DNA from: Vicinamibacteria bacterium
GTDB lineage: Bacteria > Acidobacteriota > Vicinamibacteria > Fen-336
DNA length: 64,000 nucleotides
Direction: 5' to 3'
NCBI GenBank assembly: GCA_041481445.1
Contig: JBGPBV010000015.1
Coordinates: 11,062-75,061, forward strand
The stretch's first letter is position 1. Every line of letters begins with the position of its first letter. The translations under genes were made by a program, and so were the position numbers. The notes under the pieces were generated by a model, which had not been told where the DNA came from, made no database searches, and saw only the letters and a list, made by a program, of their open reading frames with translations. This document shows, piece by piece, positions 1-9,416 of the stretch.

Positions 1-1
1 G

Positions 2-487
2 GACCGCATGAGCCGGGCGGACCTGCAGACCTACCTGGTCCGCCTCCTCATGAAGCAGGACCGCATGAGCATGGCCGCCTCCATCGAGAGCCGCGTGCCC
101 TTCCTGGACCACGAGCTGGTCGAGCACGTCGTCTCCATCCCGAGCCGGTTCAAGCTCCGCGGCTGGCAGACCAAGGCGGTGCTCCGGGCCGCCCTGCGGG
201 GACTGGTGCCCGCCGCGATCCTCGACCGGCCGAAGATGGGCTTTCCGGTGCCGGTGGGGGCCTGGCTGCGAGGTCCGTTCTGGCCGCTGGTCGAGGAGTT
301 CGTGCTGGGTCCGCGCGCGAGGTCGCGCGGCCTGTTCGACCCTTCCGTTCTCGCGCGCCTGGCCGAGGCGCACCGCACCGGCCGCGCCGCGCACGGGGAG
401 CGGCTCTGGCTCCTCCTGAACCTCGAGGTCTGGCACCGGGTCTTCGTGGACGGCGAGGACGCGGCGGCGGTCATGAAGGCGGCATGA
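2..487 (+). CDS. Asparagine synthetase-family amidotransferase, C-terminal fragment (5' end outside window)
   Basis: Translation matches the AsnB C-terminal synthetase domain (RVPFLDHELVEH, LWLLLNLEVW). Reading frame is open from the window edge. ATGA overlap with the next gene. Confidence 0.8.
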   Translation, partial: DRMSRADLQTYLVRLLMKQDRMSMAASIESRVPFLDHELVEHVVSIPSRFKLRGWQTKAVLRAALRGLVPAAILDRPKMGFPVPVGAWLRGPFWPLVEEFVLGPRARSRGLFDPSVLARLAEAHRTGRAAHGERLWLLLNLEVWHRVFVDGEDAAAVMKAA

Positions 488-1740
488 CTCCTCCGGATAG
501 TGGTCGGGAGATCGGCCGGGCGCGCGAGGGCGCCCTGCGCATCCTGTGGGTGAAGCCGGGCGGGTTGTGGCCGCTCAACACCGGCGGCCGTCTGCGGACC
601 TTCCACACCGTCGCCGAGCTGTCGCGCCGGCACCGGGTCGTGCTCTTGACGACGCACGGGCCGGACGACGATCCCAAGGAGCTGGCCGCCCAGCTCCCGC
701 ACTGCGAGCGCGTGGATTCGTTCCCCCACCGCGCGCCCAAGCAGGGCAGCCTGGGCCTGTTGGGCGCCCTGGTCGGCTCGTGGTTCTCCACCCTGCCGGT
801 GGACCTCTGGAAATGGCGCGTGCCCGCGTTGGCCGCGGAGGCCGCCCGGCGGATCGATCGCGGCGAAGTGGACGTCTGCGTGGCCGACTTCCTCGTCGCC
901 GTACCCAACGTGCCGATCGCAGGTCCCGTGCCGGTGGTCCTGTTCGAGCACAACGTCGAGCACCTGTTGTGGAAGCGCGTGAGCGAGGCCGAGCGCCGGC
1001 CCTGGCGGCGGCTGGTACTGGAGATCGAATGGCGCAAGATGCGCCGGTACGAGGCAAAGGCCTGCGCGCGGGCCTCGCTCACGATCGCGGTGTCCGACGT
1101 CGATCGTGACCTTCTCGCCGCCGGCGCGCCCTCCGCCCGCATCGAGGACGTCCCCACCGGCGTCGACACCTCCTATTTCATGCCCAACGGGCGAAACGAA
1201 TCGGCGGCCGGATTGGTCTTCACGGGCTCCATGGACTGGTACCCGAACGAGGACGCGATCCTCCATTTCGCGCAGGACATCCTGCCCCTCATCCGTCGCG
1301 AGGTGCCCGAGACCTCGCTCACGGTCGTGGGCCGCAAGCCCAGCGCCCGCTTGCGGGCCGCCGCCGCTTCCCTGGGCATCGAAGTCACGGGAGGCGTGGA
1401 CGACATCCGGCCCTACGTCCACCAGGCGGCGGTGTACGTCGTGCCCTTGCGAGTGGGGGGGGGCACGCGGCTCAAGATCTGCGAGGCCCTCGCCATGGGA
1501 AAGGCCCTGGTCTCCACCACGGTGGGCGCGGAGGGCCTTCCCCTGCGCTCGGGCGAGCACTTCATTCGCTCCGACGATCCGTCCGACTTCGCGCGGGCGG
1601 TGGTGTCACTCATGCGGGACTCCGGGAAGCGGCAGGCGCTGGGCGCGGCCGGCCGCCGGCTGATGGAGGAGCGTCATGGGTGGGCCGCGGTGGCGAGCCA
1701 GTTCGAAGCTCGATGCAGGGAGGTAGCGCAGTGCCATTGA
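484..1740 (+). CDS. Glycosyltransferase family 4 (GT-B, group 1)
   Basis: 418 aa. C-terminal EX7E-like region (KICEALAMGKALVSTTVGAEGLP) typical of GT4. Start overlaps the upstream stop (ATGA). Confidence 0.8.
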   Translation: MTPPDSGREIGRAREGALRILWVKPGGLWPLNTGGRLRTFHTVAELSRRHRVVLLTTHGPDDDPKELAAQLPHCERVDSFPHRAPKQGSLGLLGALVGSWFSTLPVDLWKWRVPALAAEAARRIDRGEVDVCVADFLVAVPNVPIAGPVPVVLFEHNVEHLLWKRVSEAERRPWRRLVLEIEWRKMRRYEAKACARASLTIAVSDVDRDLLAAGAPSARIEDVPTGVDTSYFMPNGRNESAAGLVFTGSMDWYPNEDAILHFAQDILPLIRREVPETSLTVVGRKPSARLRAAAASLGIEVTGGVDDIRPYVHQAAVYVVPLRVGGGTRLKICEALAMGKALVSTTVGAEGLPLRSGEHFIRSDDPSDFARAVVSLMRDSGKRQALGAAGRRLMEERHGWAAVASQFEARCREVAQCH

Positions 1741-3122
1741 GCGTGAGCGTCTTCGGTGCGGGTTACGTGGGATCGGTCACGGCGGCCTGCCTGGCCCGAG
1801 CGGGCCACCGGGTCACCGCCGTCGACGTCAACCCGGAAAAGGCGGAGATGATCAACGCGGGCGCTTCCCCGGTCGTGGAGCGAGGCCTGGGCGAGCTGAT
1901 CGCGCGCGTGGTGAGCGCGGGCCGGCTCCGGGCAACCACGTCCGGTGCGGAGGGAGTGGCGCGCTCGGACGTGGCCCTCATCTGCGTGGGCACGCCCGGC
2001 CGCCCCAACGGCCGCCTGGACGTGGACGCCCTGGCCGGCGTGGGCCGGGAGATCGGCCAGGCCCTGCGCGGCCGCCGCCGACCCTACACGGTCGTGCTCC
2101 GCAGCACCGTACTGCCCGGCACCACCGAGAAGGTGCTGCTCCCCAGCCTGCGCGCGGGGCTCGGCGCGGCGGCGGGCCCGCCGCTCCACGTGGGCGTCAA
2201 CCCCGAGTTCATGCGCGAGGGCTCGTCGCTCGAGGACTTCGCGCGCCCGCCGCTCACGCTGGTCGGATGCCTCGATCCCGAGACGGCGGCGCTGATTCGC
2301 ACGCTCTATGCGGGAGTGGAGGCGCCCTTCGTCCAGACCGAGGTGCGGACGGCGGAGATGGTGAAGTACGTGGCCAACGCCTTCCACGCCCTCAAGGTCT
2401 GCTTCGCGAACGAGATCGGCGACGTGTGCGCGGCGCTGGGCGCCGACGCCCAGGAGGTCATGCGGATCTTCCTGACCGACCGCAAGCTCAGCGTCTCCGA
2501 GGCCTACCTGCGGCCGGGCTTTGCCTTCGGCGGGTCGTGCCTCCCCAAGGACGTGCAGGCCCTGCTCTACGGGGCCCGCAGCGCCGACGTGATGCCGCCC
2601 CTGCTCAGCGCCATCCTTCCCTCCAACGAGGCCCAGGTCAGGCGGGGAGTGGAGGCGGTCCTGGCCACCGGGCGGCGCCGGGTGGGCCTGGTGGGACTGT
2701 CGTTCAAGGACGGGACCGACGACCTGCGCCACAGCCCGCTGGTGACGCTGGTCGAGAACCTGATCGGCAAGGGCTGCGACGTGCGCGTGCTCGACCGGAA
2801 CGTCTCCCTGGCCCGCCTGGTGGGCGCCAACCGCCGCTACATCGAGGAGCAGATCCCGCACATCGCATCGCTCATGTGCGACGAGCCGGAGGCGCTGCTC
2901 ACCCACGCCGAGGTCCTGGTGATCGGCAACACCGGCGAGCAGGCAGTGCAGGTCCTGGGGGCGGCCGGACCGCGACACGTGGTCGTGGACCTCACGCGCG
3001 GCCTGGTGCGTGGCCGCGTGGCGCCGCCGGTCGAGGCCGAGGCGGCACCGGCGCGCGCGCCGCAGGGCGGCGTTCCCCGTCAGGTCCCCATGCTGGCCGT
3101 GCCGACGGAGACGGAGGCCTAA
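1731..3122 (+). CDS. Nucleotide-sugar 6-dehydrogenase (UDP-glucose/GDP-mannose dehydrogenase family)
   Basis: N-terminal Rossmann motif VSVFGAGYVGS and catalytic-Cys motif GGSCLPKDV. GTG start with GGAGG 7 nt upstream. An alternative ATG lies at 1713. Confidence 0.8.
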   Translation: MPLSVSVFGAGYVGSVTAACLARAGHRVTAVDVNPEKAEMINAGASPVVERGLGELIARVVSAGRLRATTSGAEGVARSDVALICVGTPGRPNGRLDVDALAGVGREIGQALRGRRRPYTVVLRSTVLPGTTEKVLLPSLRAGLGAAAGPPLHVGVNPEFMREGSSLEDFARPPLTLVGCLDPETAALIRTLYAGVEAPFVQTEVRTAEMVKYVANAFHALKVCFANEIGDVCAALGADAQEVMRIFLTDRKLSVSEAYLRPGFAFGGSCLPKDVQALLYGARSADVMPPLLSAILPSNEAQVRRGVEAVLATGRRRVGLVGLSFKDGTDDLRHSPLVTLVENLIGKGCDVRVLDRNVSLARLVGANRRYIEEQIPHIASLMCDEPEALLTHAEVLVIGNTGEQAVQVLGAAGPRHVVVDLTRGLVRGRVAPPVEAEAAPARAPQGGVPRQVPMLAVPTETEA

Positions 3123-3129
3123 CGAACGT

Positions 3130-5010
3130 ATGTGCGGGATCGCCATCGTCGTGAGCGATCGGGAACCGGTCGACCCCGGCGAGGTGAGACGCATGTGCGA
3201 CCTCATGGCTCACCGCGGGCCCGACTCATCGGGGTTCCATGTCACTCCGATGGCCACGCTGGGCATGCGGCGTCTCCGCATCATCGACCTCGAGGGCGGG
3301 GACCAGCCGATCTACAACGAGGACCGCTCCCTGGCCATCGTGTTCAACGGCGAGATCTACAACTACCGGGAGCTGCGCGAGGAGCTCCTGGCCAGCGGCC
3401 ACCGCTTCTCCACCGAATCGGACACCGAGGTGGTGCTCCACCTCTACGAGGAGCGCGGCGAGCAGGCCCTGCCGGCGCTGCGCGGGATGTTCGCCTTCGC
3501 CATCCACGAGCGGGACAGCGGCAGGGTGTTCCTGGCCCGCGACCGGCTGGGCATCAAGCCCCTGCACTACGCGCAGGTGGACGGGCGCTTCTTCGCGTCG
3601 AGCGAGATCAAGTGCATCGCCGGTCTCCCCGGCTTCCCTCGCCACCTCGACGAGGAGGCCCTCGACCAGTACTTCTCGCTGCTCTACGTGCCCTCCCCGC
3701 GAACGATCTTCCGTGAGATCCGGAAGGTGCCGCCCGGTCACTACCTGGTCAAGGAGCCGGGCCGCCCTCCCGTGATCCAGCGGTATTGGCAGCTCCGCTC
3801 GCGTCCCTGCGCGGGCCCCAGCGAAGCGGAATGGATCGACGGCTTCCGTCGGCGCTTCGACGACGCCGTGGCCAGTCACCTGGTGGCCGACGTTCCACTC
3901 GGCGTCTTCCTCTCCGGCGGGATCGATTCCAGCGGCATCGTGGCCGCCATGTCTCGCGCCGGAGGGCGGATCAAGACGTTCTCCCTGGGCTTTGGCGCCG
4001 CCTATTCCGACTTCGACGAGCGGCGATACGCCCGCATGGTCGCCGAGCGCTATGGGACGGAGCACGAAGAGCTGATCGTGGAGCCCCGGATCGAGGAGAC
4101 CATCCAGACCCTGGCCCGCGTCTTCGACGAGCCCATGGGCGACTCGGGCGCCGTCCCCAACTTCCTCATCTGCCAGATGGCGCGCCAGCGGCTGACGGTG
4201 GCCCTGTCCGGCCTGGGCGGGGACGAGTTGGGCGGGGGCTACCAGCGCCATCTCGGCGGCGTGCTCGCCGACTGGTACCGCCGGCTGCCGCGCGTCTTGC
4301 GGGAGCACGTCATCCGGCGCCTGGTGGAGGCCATCCCCGAGCCCGCGCAGGGCGGGCGCACCCTGGACCAGGCCAAGCGCTTCGTCCACAACGGCGACCT
4401 CGACACGGTGGAGCGCTTCCTCGCCTTCTCCAGCCCCCTGGACGGCACGCGCCGAAGTCTGTACACGCCGGCGCTGCGCGCGCGGGTGGGGCTGCGCTCT
4501 CCCTACGAGCCACTGCGTCGGCTGGCGGAGGAGCAGCCCCATGCCGACACGCTCAACAAGCTCCTCTGCATCGACCTGCAGTCCTACATGGTCGACGACC
4601 TGCTCACGGTGGCGGACCGGACGAGCATGGCCGTCTCCCTGGAGGTGAGGGTCCCCTTCCTCGATCATCCCCTGGTCGAGTTCATGGCCGGCGTGCCCGG
4701 AGACCTGAAGATCCGAAGGCTCCAGAAGAAGCACCTCCTGAAGAAGGCCTTCGAGAAGGACCTTCCGCGGGAGGTCCTGCATCGGCGCAAGGCGGGGTTC
4801 AGCCTTCCCATTGCCCGCTGGCTCCGCGAGGACCTGCGCGGCCTCCTGGAGGACGTGCTTTCCCCCCGGCGGCTGGCCCAGGACGGCCTGTTCGAGCCCT
4901 CGGTGGTGGAGTCCTTGAAGCGCGAGCACTTCCTCCGCACGCGCGACCGCAGCTCGGCCCTGTGGGGGCTGCTCATGTTCCACCTGTGGGCGGACAACTA
5001 CCTGAGCTAG
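3130..5010 (+). CDS. Asparagine synthetase (glutamine-hydrolysing)-family amidotransferase, exosortase/EPS-associated type
   Basis: Starts MCGIAIV (Ntn Cys2 glutaminase). Contains SGGIDSS PP-loop and MAVSLEVRVPFLDH C-terminal motif. Confidence 0.85.
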   Translation: MCGIAIVVSDREPVDPGEVRRMCDLMAHRGPDSSGFHVTPMATLGMRRLRIIDLEGGDQPIYNEDRSLAIVFNGEIYNYRELREELLASGHRFSTESDTEVVLHLYEERGEQALPALRGMFAFAIHERDSGRVFLARDRLGIKPLHYAQVDGRFFASSEIKCIAGLPGFPRHLDEEALDQYFSLLYVPSPRTIFREIRKVPPGHYLVKEPGRPPVIQRYWQLRSRPCAGPSEAEWIDGFRRRFDDAVASHLVADVPLGVFLSGGIDSSGIVAAMSRAGGRIKTFSLGFGAAYSDFDERRYARMVAERYGTEHEELIVEPRIEETIQTLARVFDEPMGDSGAVPNFLICQMARQRLTVALSGLGGDELGGGYQRHLGGVLADWYRRLPRVLREHVIRRLVEAIPEPAQGGRTLDQAKRFVHNGDLDTVERFLAFSSPLDGTRRSLYTPALRARVGLRSPYEPLRRLAEEQPHADTLNKLLCIDLQSYMVDDLLTVADRTSMAVSLEVRVPFLDHPLVEFMAGVPGDLKIRRLQKKHLLKKAFEKDLPREVLHRRKAGFSLPIARWLREDLRGLLEDVLSPRRLAQDGLFEPSVVESLKREHFLRTRDRSSALWGLLMFHLWADNYLS

Positions 5011-5019
5011 GCGCGCCGC

Positions 5020-6177
5020 TTGTTCATGGAGGTGATGTTCTGGTCTTGCCTCGGTCTCGTGCTGTGGGCCTACGGGGGCTACCTCGTCCTCCTGGCCATC
5101 CTCGTGCGCTCCCGCCGGCGGATCCTCGTGCGAAGCCCCATCGAATCGACGGTGAGCGTGATCGTGTCCGCCTACAACGAGGAAAAGGCCATCGCGGGCA
5201 AGCTGGAAGCCATCCTGGCCCTGGATTATCCGCAGGAGAAGGTCGAGGTGATCGTGGCCTCGGATTGCTCGACCGACCACACGAACGAGATCGTGGAGGG
5301 CTTCCAGGGCCGCGGGGTGAAGCTGGTCGTGCTTCCGGAAAGGGGCGGAAAGACGGCGGCCCAGAATGCGGGCGTACGGCAGGCGAGGGGCGAGGTCCTC
5401 GTCTTCACCGACGCCACCACCCGCTTCCGCCCGGATGCGTTGAGGAACCTGCTGGAGGCCTTCGCGGACGCGAGGGTGGGCTGCGTGGGAGCGGAGCTGG
5501 AGTACGTCTCCGAGTCGGGCAGCCTGGTGGGGAAGGGCGGCGGCCTCTACTGGCGATACGAGAAGAAGGTGAAGGAGCTGGAGAGCGCGGCCAATTCCCT
5601 CATCGGCGTCTCGGGTTGCCTCTATGCCATACGGGCCCGCCTCTACACACCGATCGAGGCCGACCTCATCAGCGATTTCACCGTCGCCCTGGATACCTTC
5701 GCCAAGGGGTACATCACCGTCTATGCCCGGGGGGCCGTCTCCGAGGAGAAGACCAACGAGGACGCGCGGCGCGAGTTCGACATGAGGACCCGGGTCATCG
5801 TCCGCAGCATCCACGCCCTGGTGCGCAGGGTCGCCATGCTCAACCCGTTCCGCTACGGCCTGTTCGCGTTCCAGCTCTGGAGCCACAAGGCGCTGCGCTA
5901 CCTCGTTCCCGAGCTGCTCGCGGGCGCGTTGCTGGCCAGTCTCGCCCTGGCCCTGCTCTCCGGGCCGCGCGCCTGGCTCTACCGGATCCTGGTCGCTCTG
6001 CAGTTGGGGTCGTACCTGGGAGCGGCGGCGGTCTGGTGGGCCTCGCGGCAGTTCCGCCTCCGCGCGAGGGGTCTCTCGGTCCCCATCTACTTCCTCCAGG
6101 TGAACGCGGCCGCCTTCTGGGGGCTCGTTTCCTATCTGCGCGGGGAGCGGAAGGTCACTTGGAGCACGGCCCGTTGA
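5020..6177 (+). CDS. Glycosyltransferase family 2, membrane-anchored
   Basis: VSVIVSAYNEE...DYP...VIVASDCSTD GT-A motifs, DxD-like FTDATT, and C-terminal hydrophobic helices. Confidence 0.7.
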   Translation: MFMEVMFWSCLGLVLWAYGGYLVLLAILVRSRRRILVRSPIESTVSVIVSAYNEEKAIAGKLEAILALDYPQEKVEVIVASDCSTDHTNEIVEGFQGRGVKLVVLPERGGKTAAQNAGVRQARGEVLVFTDATTRFRPDALRNLLEAFADARVGCVGAELEYVSESGSLVGKGGGLYWRYEKKVKELESAANSLIGVSGCLYAIRARLYTPIEADLISDFTVALDTFAKGYITVYARGAVSEEKTNEDARREFDMRTRVIVRSIHALVRRVAMLNPFRYGLFAFQLWSHKALRYLVPELLAGALLASLALALLSGPRAWLYRILVALQLGSYLGAAAVWWASRQFRLRARGLSVPIYFLQVNAAAFWGLVSYLRGERKVTWSTAR

Positions 6178-6275
6178 GACCGCGCACTCCCTTCTGGGCG
6201 CCGAAGAGGAGGGCGCACGCGGTGCGTGATCATTCGGGTTTCCTGTCGCCCGGGACACCTGCCGACTTGACGCAG

Positions 6276-7517
6276 ATGATCCCGGGCCCGGTCGCATCGG
6301 CCCGCCCCGATGTCGACGGTGCCGCCGAGGCCACGCTCAAGGTTCAGCTCTGCGCTTCCTGGGCCGAGCTGGAGACATTCGCTGCCCGCTGGGAGCGGCT
6401 GCTGGCCAGCAGTCCGCGGGCAAGCACCTTCGTGACACGGGAATGGTTGGGGGCGTGGTGGACGGCGTTTGCCCCCGGGCGCCGGTTGGTAGCCCTCCTC
6501 TTCCTCGATCCGGCGGGCGAGCTGCTCGGCCTGGCTCTCCTGTACCAGGACGTCCTCGAGGGCCCGCTGGGGCTCGGCCTGGATCGTCTGCGTTTCGTCG
6601 GCGACGGCTCCAACGACTCGGACGGCCTCGACTTCGTGGTGCGGCCTGGAAATGAACGATCGTGCACCGATGCCTTCCTGTCCTGGTTCGAGCGGCAGTC
6701 GGGGGCGGAGGTGTGCGAGCTGAACACGTTCGAGTCCGACTCGCCGACCGCGGGTTGGCTCATGCGCGGCCTGAAGGAGCGCGGTTGGGCGAACGACGTC
6801 TTCACGCATCCGCGGCTCGTCATCCCGCTGCCGGCGAGCTGGGAGGATTACCTGGCCCGGTTGTCGCGCGACGAGCGCTGGCGCATAGCAAGCCATCGCC
6901 GCAAGTTGGAGAAGAAGTATCGGGTACGCATCCGGCGTTGCACCGACGAGACCGATCTTCCCCGCGATCTCGACACGCTGTTCCGGCTGCATCAGAAGCG
7001 TTGGGAGCAGCGCGGCGAACCCGGGACCTTTGCCTCGGAAGCCCGGCGACAGTTCTATGGGGACGTGGGGCGGCGGTTCCTGGCGCGGCACTGGCTGGAG
7101 TTCTGGCTGCTCGAAGTCGACGACCAGCCCCTGGCCGCGCAGTTCTGCTTCCGCTACGGTGACACCCTCCATCTGCTGCAAGAGGGCTTCGACCCTGATT
7201 ACGCGAAGGACCGGCTCGGTTCCGTCTTGCGCGCCCACGTGCTGCGCCAGGCCATCTCGGAGGGTACGCGTCGCTACGACTTCCTGGGCGGCAGTGCCGA
7301 CGGCAAGATGCGCTGGGATCCGGAGACCTGGGAATACCTCGACCTTCACTTTGCCCGGCCGGCCAGCCGTGGTGGCCTGTATCTGGACCTCCGCCGCGCC
7401 GCGCGCGCGGCGAGGGAATGGCTGCGCGCGCACCTGCCGCCCTCCCTTTTCGCGACGCTTCGCCTGGCCCAGCGGCCTGCTCGCACCTCGTCCACGCCGA
7501 AGCGGCAACGTGAATGA
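6276..7517 (+). CDS. FemAB/CelD-like (BioF2-like) GNAT-fold acyltransferase, PEP-CTERM-EPS-associated type
   Basis: Only the 3' third of the spurious 1243-aa ORF is gene-like. N-terminal WAELETFAARWERLL and central/C-terminal LFRLHQKRWEQRG, EFWLLEVDDQPLAAQFCFRYGDTLHLLQEGFDPDY match the CelD/FemAB-related family. Confidence 0.65.
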   Translation: MIPGPVASARPDVDGAAEATLKVQLCASWAELETFAARWERLLASSPRASTFVTREWLGAWWTAFAPGRRLVALLFLDPAGELLGLALLYQDVLEGPLGLGLDRLRFVGDGSNDSDGLDFVVRPGNERSCTDAFLSWFERQSGAEVCELNTFESDSPTAGWLMRGLKERGWANDVFTHPRLVIPLPASWEDYLARLSRDERWRIASHRRKLEKKYRVRIRRCTDETDLPRDLDTLFRLHQKRWEQRGEPGTFASEARRQFYGDVGRRFLARHWLEFWLLEVDDQPLAAQFCFRYGDTLHLLQEGFDPDYAKDRLGSVLRAHVLRQAISEGTRRYDFLGGSADGKMRWDPETWEYLDLHFARPASRGGLYLDLRRAARAAREWLRAHLPPSLFATLRLAQRPARTSSTPKRQRE

Positions 7518-7581
7518 CGCTCATGAATGAAGCCCACCTGCCGGCGGCAGACGCCGACGTGGCGCGGCATGTTCTTGCGAC

Positions 7582-8202
7582 ATGACCGCGCGCGTCCGGA
7601 TCGCCGGGTTGGCGCTGCTGCTCCCGGTCCTCGGCGTGGCGGGGGCTCTCGGATGGGGAGGGGACCTGCTCGTCGCACCGGATCCCTTGCCTGCCCACGC
7701 CGAAGCGATCGTGGTGCTCACGGGATCGCTGCACGGCGAGCAGTCCCGGCGCGAGGAGGCGATGCGCCTGTTCGGCGAGGGGCGTGCGGATCGGCTGATG
7801 CTCAGCGTTCCCCGGGTCATGTTCCTGGGCGAGTGGGTGCCCGACCTGATGCGCCGGTACCTGGAACGCACCTACGGGACCGCGCGGGCGCAACGAGTGG
7901 TCCTGTGTCCTCACAACGCCGACTCGACGCTGGAGGAAGCCCGGGCGCTACGCCCCTGCCTCGAGGAACAGGGCTGGCGCAGCATCATCGTGATCACCTC
8001 CAACTACCACACCCGGCGGGCCCGGCACATCTGGGGCCAGGCGTTTCGGGATGCGCATCCTCCCGTCCGCATCTTCGTGCACGGCGTCTCCGATGGGGAC
8101 TTCGAGCCGCGGGGCTGGTGGCACGACCGGCGCTACGCCAAGACCTTCCTCGGAGAGGCGACGAAGCTGGTCTGGACCTATCTGTTCGAGCGAGCAGGCT
8201 GA
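7582..8202 (+). CDS. DUF218 (YdcF/SanA/ElyC-like) domain protein
   Basis: N-terminal signal/TM segment. ITSNYHTRRA motif characteristic of DUF218. Confidence 0.6.
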   Translation: MTARVRIAGLALLLPVLGVAGALGWGGDLLVAPDPLPAHAEAIVVLTGSLHGEQSRREEAMRLFGEGRADRLMLSVPRVMFLGEWVPDLMRRYLERTYGTARAQRVVLCPHNADSTLEEARALRPCLEEQGWRSIIVITSNYHTRRARHIWGQAFRDAHPPVRIFVHGVSDGDFEPRGWWHDRRYAKTFLGEATKLVWTYLFERAG

Positions 8203-9416
8203 TGGCTGAGCACATGAGCCCTCTGTCCGGCGTGCCTGCACCTGTCTGCGTCCCCGAGCTGCGGCCGTCGGCGGTCGTTCCGCCTCCAGCCGTGCTCTTG
8301 ATCGGAGACAGCCTGAACTTCGGTGGCACGGAGGGACAGTTCGTCGAGCTGGCCCTGGGGTTGAATGAAGGGCCGTGGGACGTGCGCGTGAGCTGCATCC
8401 GGGCGGACGGACCACTGCGGGAGTCGCTCGAGACCGCGGGGATGCAGCCCTGGAGCTGCGGCCGCGGATCGTTCAAGTCTCCGCGTTTCGCGGCCGCGGT
8501 GTGGAACCTGGCCCGCTACCTTCGCGCGGAGCGCATCCAGCTCGTCCACTGCTTCGACTTCTACAGCAACATCCTGGGAGTCCCCGCCGGCCGCCTGGCC
8601 GGAGTGCCGGTCATCGCCAGCCAGCGCGAGCTGGGCGACCTGCGCTCGCCACTGCAGCGGCTGGTCTACCGCGCGATGCTGCGCCTGGCCGACTGCGTGG
8701 TCGTCAACTCGGAGGCGGTGGCGCAGCGGGTAAGGCTTCAGCGGGCCGCCCGCCCGGGCCGGCTGGTCGTCATCCCGAACGGAGTGGATCTCACGCGATT
8801 CGCGCCGGTTCCAGGGTCGGCGCGAAGCCCGGCGGGGCCCGTCACCATCGGGACGCTCGGCAACCTGCGCCCGGAGAAGGGGCTCGCGCACCTGATGCAG
8901 GCGGCGGCCCTGGTGCGCGAGACCTGTCCCCGAGCCCGCTTCGTGGTCTGGGGCGATGGTCCGCTTCGCCCGGAGCTGGAGAGGTTGGTCCGCCAGCTCT
9001 CGCTGGACGGGCTGGTCGAGCTTCGCGGCGCGACGGCGGAGCCGGAGGCGGCGCTCCGTGAGCTCGACATCTTCGTGCTCCCGTCGCTGAGCGAGGCGTG
9101 CTCGAACGCCCTCCTGCAGGCGATGGCGAGCGGCCTGGCCGTGGTGGCCACGGGGGTGGGCGGCACCCCGGCGGTGGTGACGGACGGGGAAACGGGGCTC
9201 CTGGTGGCGCCCGGAGATCCGGCGGAGCTCGCGCGCGCCATCCTCCGGCTCGTGGAGGAGCCCGCGCTGGCCGACCGGCTCCGGGCGGCGGCGCGGGCAA
9301 CGACGCGTACACGCTTCGCCTCCGACCGGATGCTCGATCGCTTTCAGGGCCTGTATCGACGATTGCTGGACGCGGGCACCGGCCCTTCCCGGTCGGGAGA
9401 CATATGTGTGGCATAG
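8202..9416 (+). CDS. Glycosyltransferase family 4
   Basis: ATG overlaps the upstream TGA. Motifs IGTLGNLRPEKG and FVLPSLSEACSNALLQAMASGLAVVATGVGG (GT4 EX7E region). Confidence 0.8.
   Translation: MAEHMSPLSGVPAPVCVPELRPSAVVPPPAVLLIGDSLNFGGTEGQFVELALGLNEGPWDVRVSCIRADGPLRESLETAGMQPWSCGRGSFKSPRFAAAVWNLARYLRAERIQLVHCFDFYSNILGVPAGRLAGVPVIASQRELGDLRSPLQRLVYRAMLRLADCVVVNSEAVAQRVRLQRAARPGRLVVIPNGVDLTRFAPVPGSARSPAGPVTIGTLGNLRPEKGLAHLMQAAALVRETCPRARFVVWGDGPLRPELERLVRQLSLDGLVELRGATAEPEAALRELDIFVLPSLSEACSNALLQAMASGLAVVATGVGGTPAVVTDGETGLLVAPGDPAELARAILRLVEEPALADRLRAAARATTRTRFASDRMLDRFQGLYRRLLDAGTGPSRSGDICVA

Noticed and set aside
31-1560. 509-aa minus-strand ORF
   Set aside because: It is antisense to the AsnB fragment and the GT4 gene. 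Its composition is artefactual.
1674-3206. 510-aa minus-strand ORF
   Set aside because: It is antisense to the nucleotide-sugar dehydrogenase, which has clear Rossmann and catalytic motifs.
3786-6275. 5' two-thirds of the 1243-aa plus-strand ORF
   Set aside because: It is an alternate frame over the asnB-like and GT2 genes with low-complexity translation. Only the 3' part (6276-7517) has a protein-like sequence and family motifs.
3226-6297. 1023-aa ORF on the minus strand
   Set aside because: It is antisense to the well-supported asnB-like and GT2 genes. The translation is Arg/Ala/Gly/Pro-rich low-complexity, typical of open antisense frames in 70% GC DNA.
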